Positions 61,657 through 64,000 of a stretch of DNA of 64,000 bases are shown one piece after another (within the stretch, counting starts at the first letter, position 1; every line of letters begins with the position of its first letter). The notes beneath the pieces are model-generated. The model was not told the DNA's origin, searched no databases, and saw only the letters and a program-made list of their open reading frames with translations. Both the position numbers and the translations under genes were made by a program. The DNA is from the human T2T-CHM13v2.0 reference genome, Homo sapiens. The DNA lies in NCBI GenBank assembly GCA_009914755.4, contig CP086569.2, positions 23,552,001-23,616,000 on the forward strand, read 5' to 3'.

Positions 61657-62394
61657 TCTTTTTTTTTTTCATTATTATTATACTTTAAGTATTAGGGTAC
61701 ATGTGCACAATGTGCAGGTTAGTTACATATGTGTACATGTGCCATGCTGGTGTGCTGCGCGCATATACTCGTCATTTAGCATTAGGTGCTCCCCCTCCCC
61801 CCTCCCCCAACCCCACAAAAAGTCACCAGAGTGTGATGTTCCCCTTCCTGTGTCCATGTGTTCACATTGTTCAATTCCCACCTATGAGTGAGAATATACA
61901 GTGTTTGGTTTTTTGTTCTTGCAATAGTTTACAGAGAATGGTGATTTCCAATTTCATCCATGTCCTTAAAAAGGACATGAACTCATCATTTTTTATGGCT
62001 GCATAGTATTCCATGGTGTATAAGTGCCACATTTTCTTAATCCAGTCTATCATTGTTGGACATTTGGGTTGGTTCCAAGTCTTTGCTATTGTGAATAGTG
62101 CCACAATAAACATATGTGTTCATGTGTCTTTAAAGCAGTATGATTTATAGTCCTTTCGGTATATACCCAGTAATGGGATGGCTGGGTTGCATGGTATTTC
62201 TAGTTCTAGATCCCTGAGGAATCACCACACTGACTTCCACAATGGTTCAACTAGTTTACAGTCCCACTAACAGTGTAAAAGTGTTCCTATTTCTGCACAT
62301 CTTCTCCAGCACCTGTTGTTTCCTGACTTTTTAATGATCTCCATTCTAACTGGTGTGAGATGGTATCTCATTGTGGTTTTGATTTGCATTTCTC
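61657..62394 (-). mobile_element. LINE-1 3'-terminal segment (about 740 bp) with poly-A (seen as a T-run), minus orientation
   Basis: tctttttttttttc then attattattatactttaagtattagggtacatgtgcacaatgtgcaggttagttacatatgtgtacatgtgccatgctgg... through ...gtgtgagatggtatctcattgtggttttgatttgcatttctc. The minus-strand translation includes ..[41 protein letters not shown]. Confidence 0.85.

Positions 62395-64000
<1,606 letters not shown>

Overview
This is primate (human-type) nuclear genomic DNA, not prokaryotic. It is AT-rich and dominated by interspersed repeats. I count about 25 Alu elements in both orientations, including many tail-to-tail or tandem pairs. There are four LINE-1 segments, one of which has an apparent 5'-inversion junction. 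Several ERV-LTR-like blocks are present. A hAT-type non-autonomous DNA-transposon copy (MER30-like, family name recalled from memory) is also present. Many microsatellites occur: (TC)n, (AC)n, (AT)n and (TCTA)n. No intact protein-coding gene is supported. The ORF track treats TTG and GTG as starts and is almost entirely spurious in this setting. The longest ORFs are L1 ORF2 fragments.

Two things stand out.

(1) A multi-exon, intron-containing RBMY/RBMX-family gene copy lies on the minus strand at about 46.5-53.5 kb. I recognise exon-equivalents matching the N-terminus ([13 protein letters not shown]...[11 protein letters not shown]), the RRM end, the KAIKVEQ...[15 protein letters not shown] segment, one SRGY box ([21 protein letters not shown]) and the C-terminal exon. 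It carries a 1-bp frameshift deletion, two CGA-to-TGA nonsense codons, altered splice sites and missing middle exons. I read it as an unprocessed RBMY-like pseudogene. That suggests a Y-linked or sex-chromosome ampliconic context, but this is inference.

(2) A roughly 3.2 kb degenerate tandem array of 57-60 bp units lies at about 37.3-40.5 kb. The left 0.85 kb is in the opposite orientation, shown by a purine/pyrimidine strand-composition switch at about 38.2-38.4 kb. Together the two parts form a large imperfect palindrome.

No defence or biosynthetic system in the prokaryotic sense is present, and I do not claim one.
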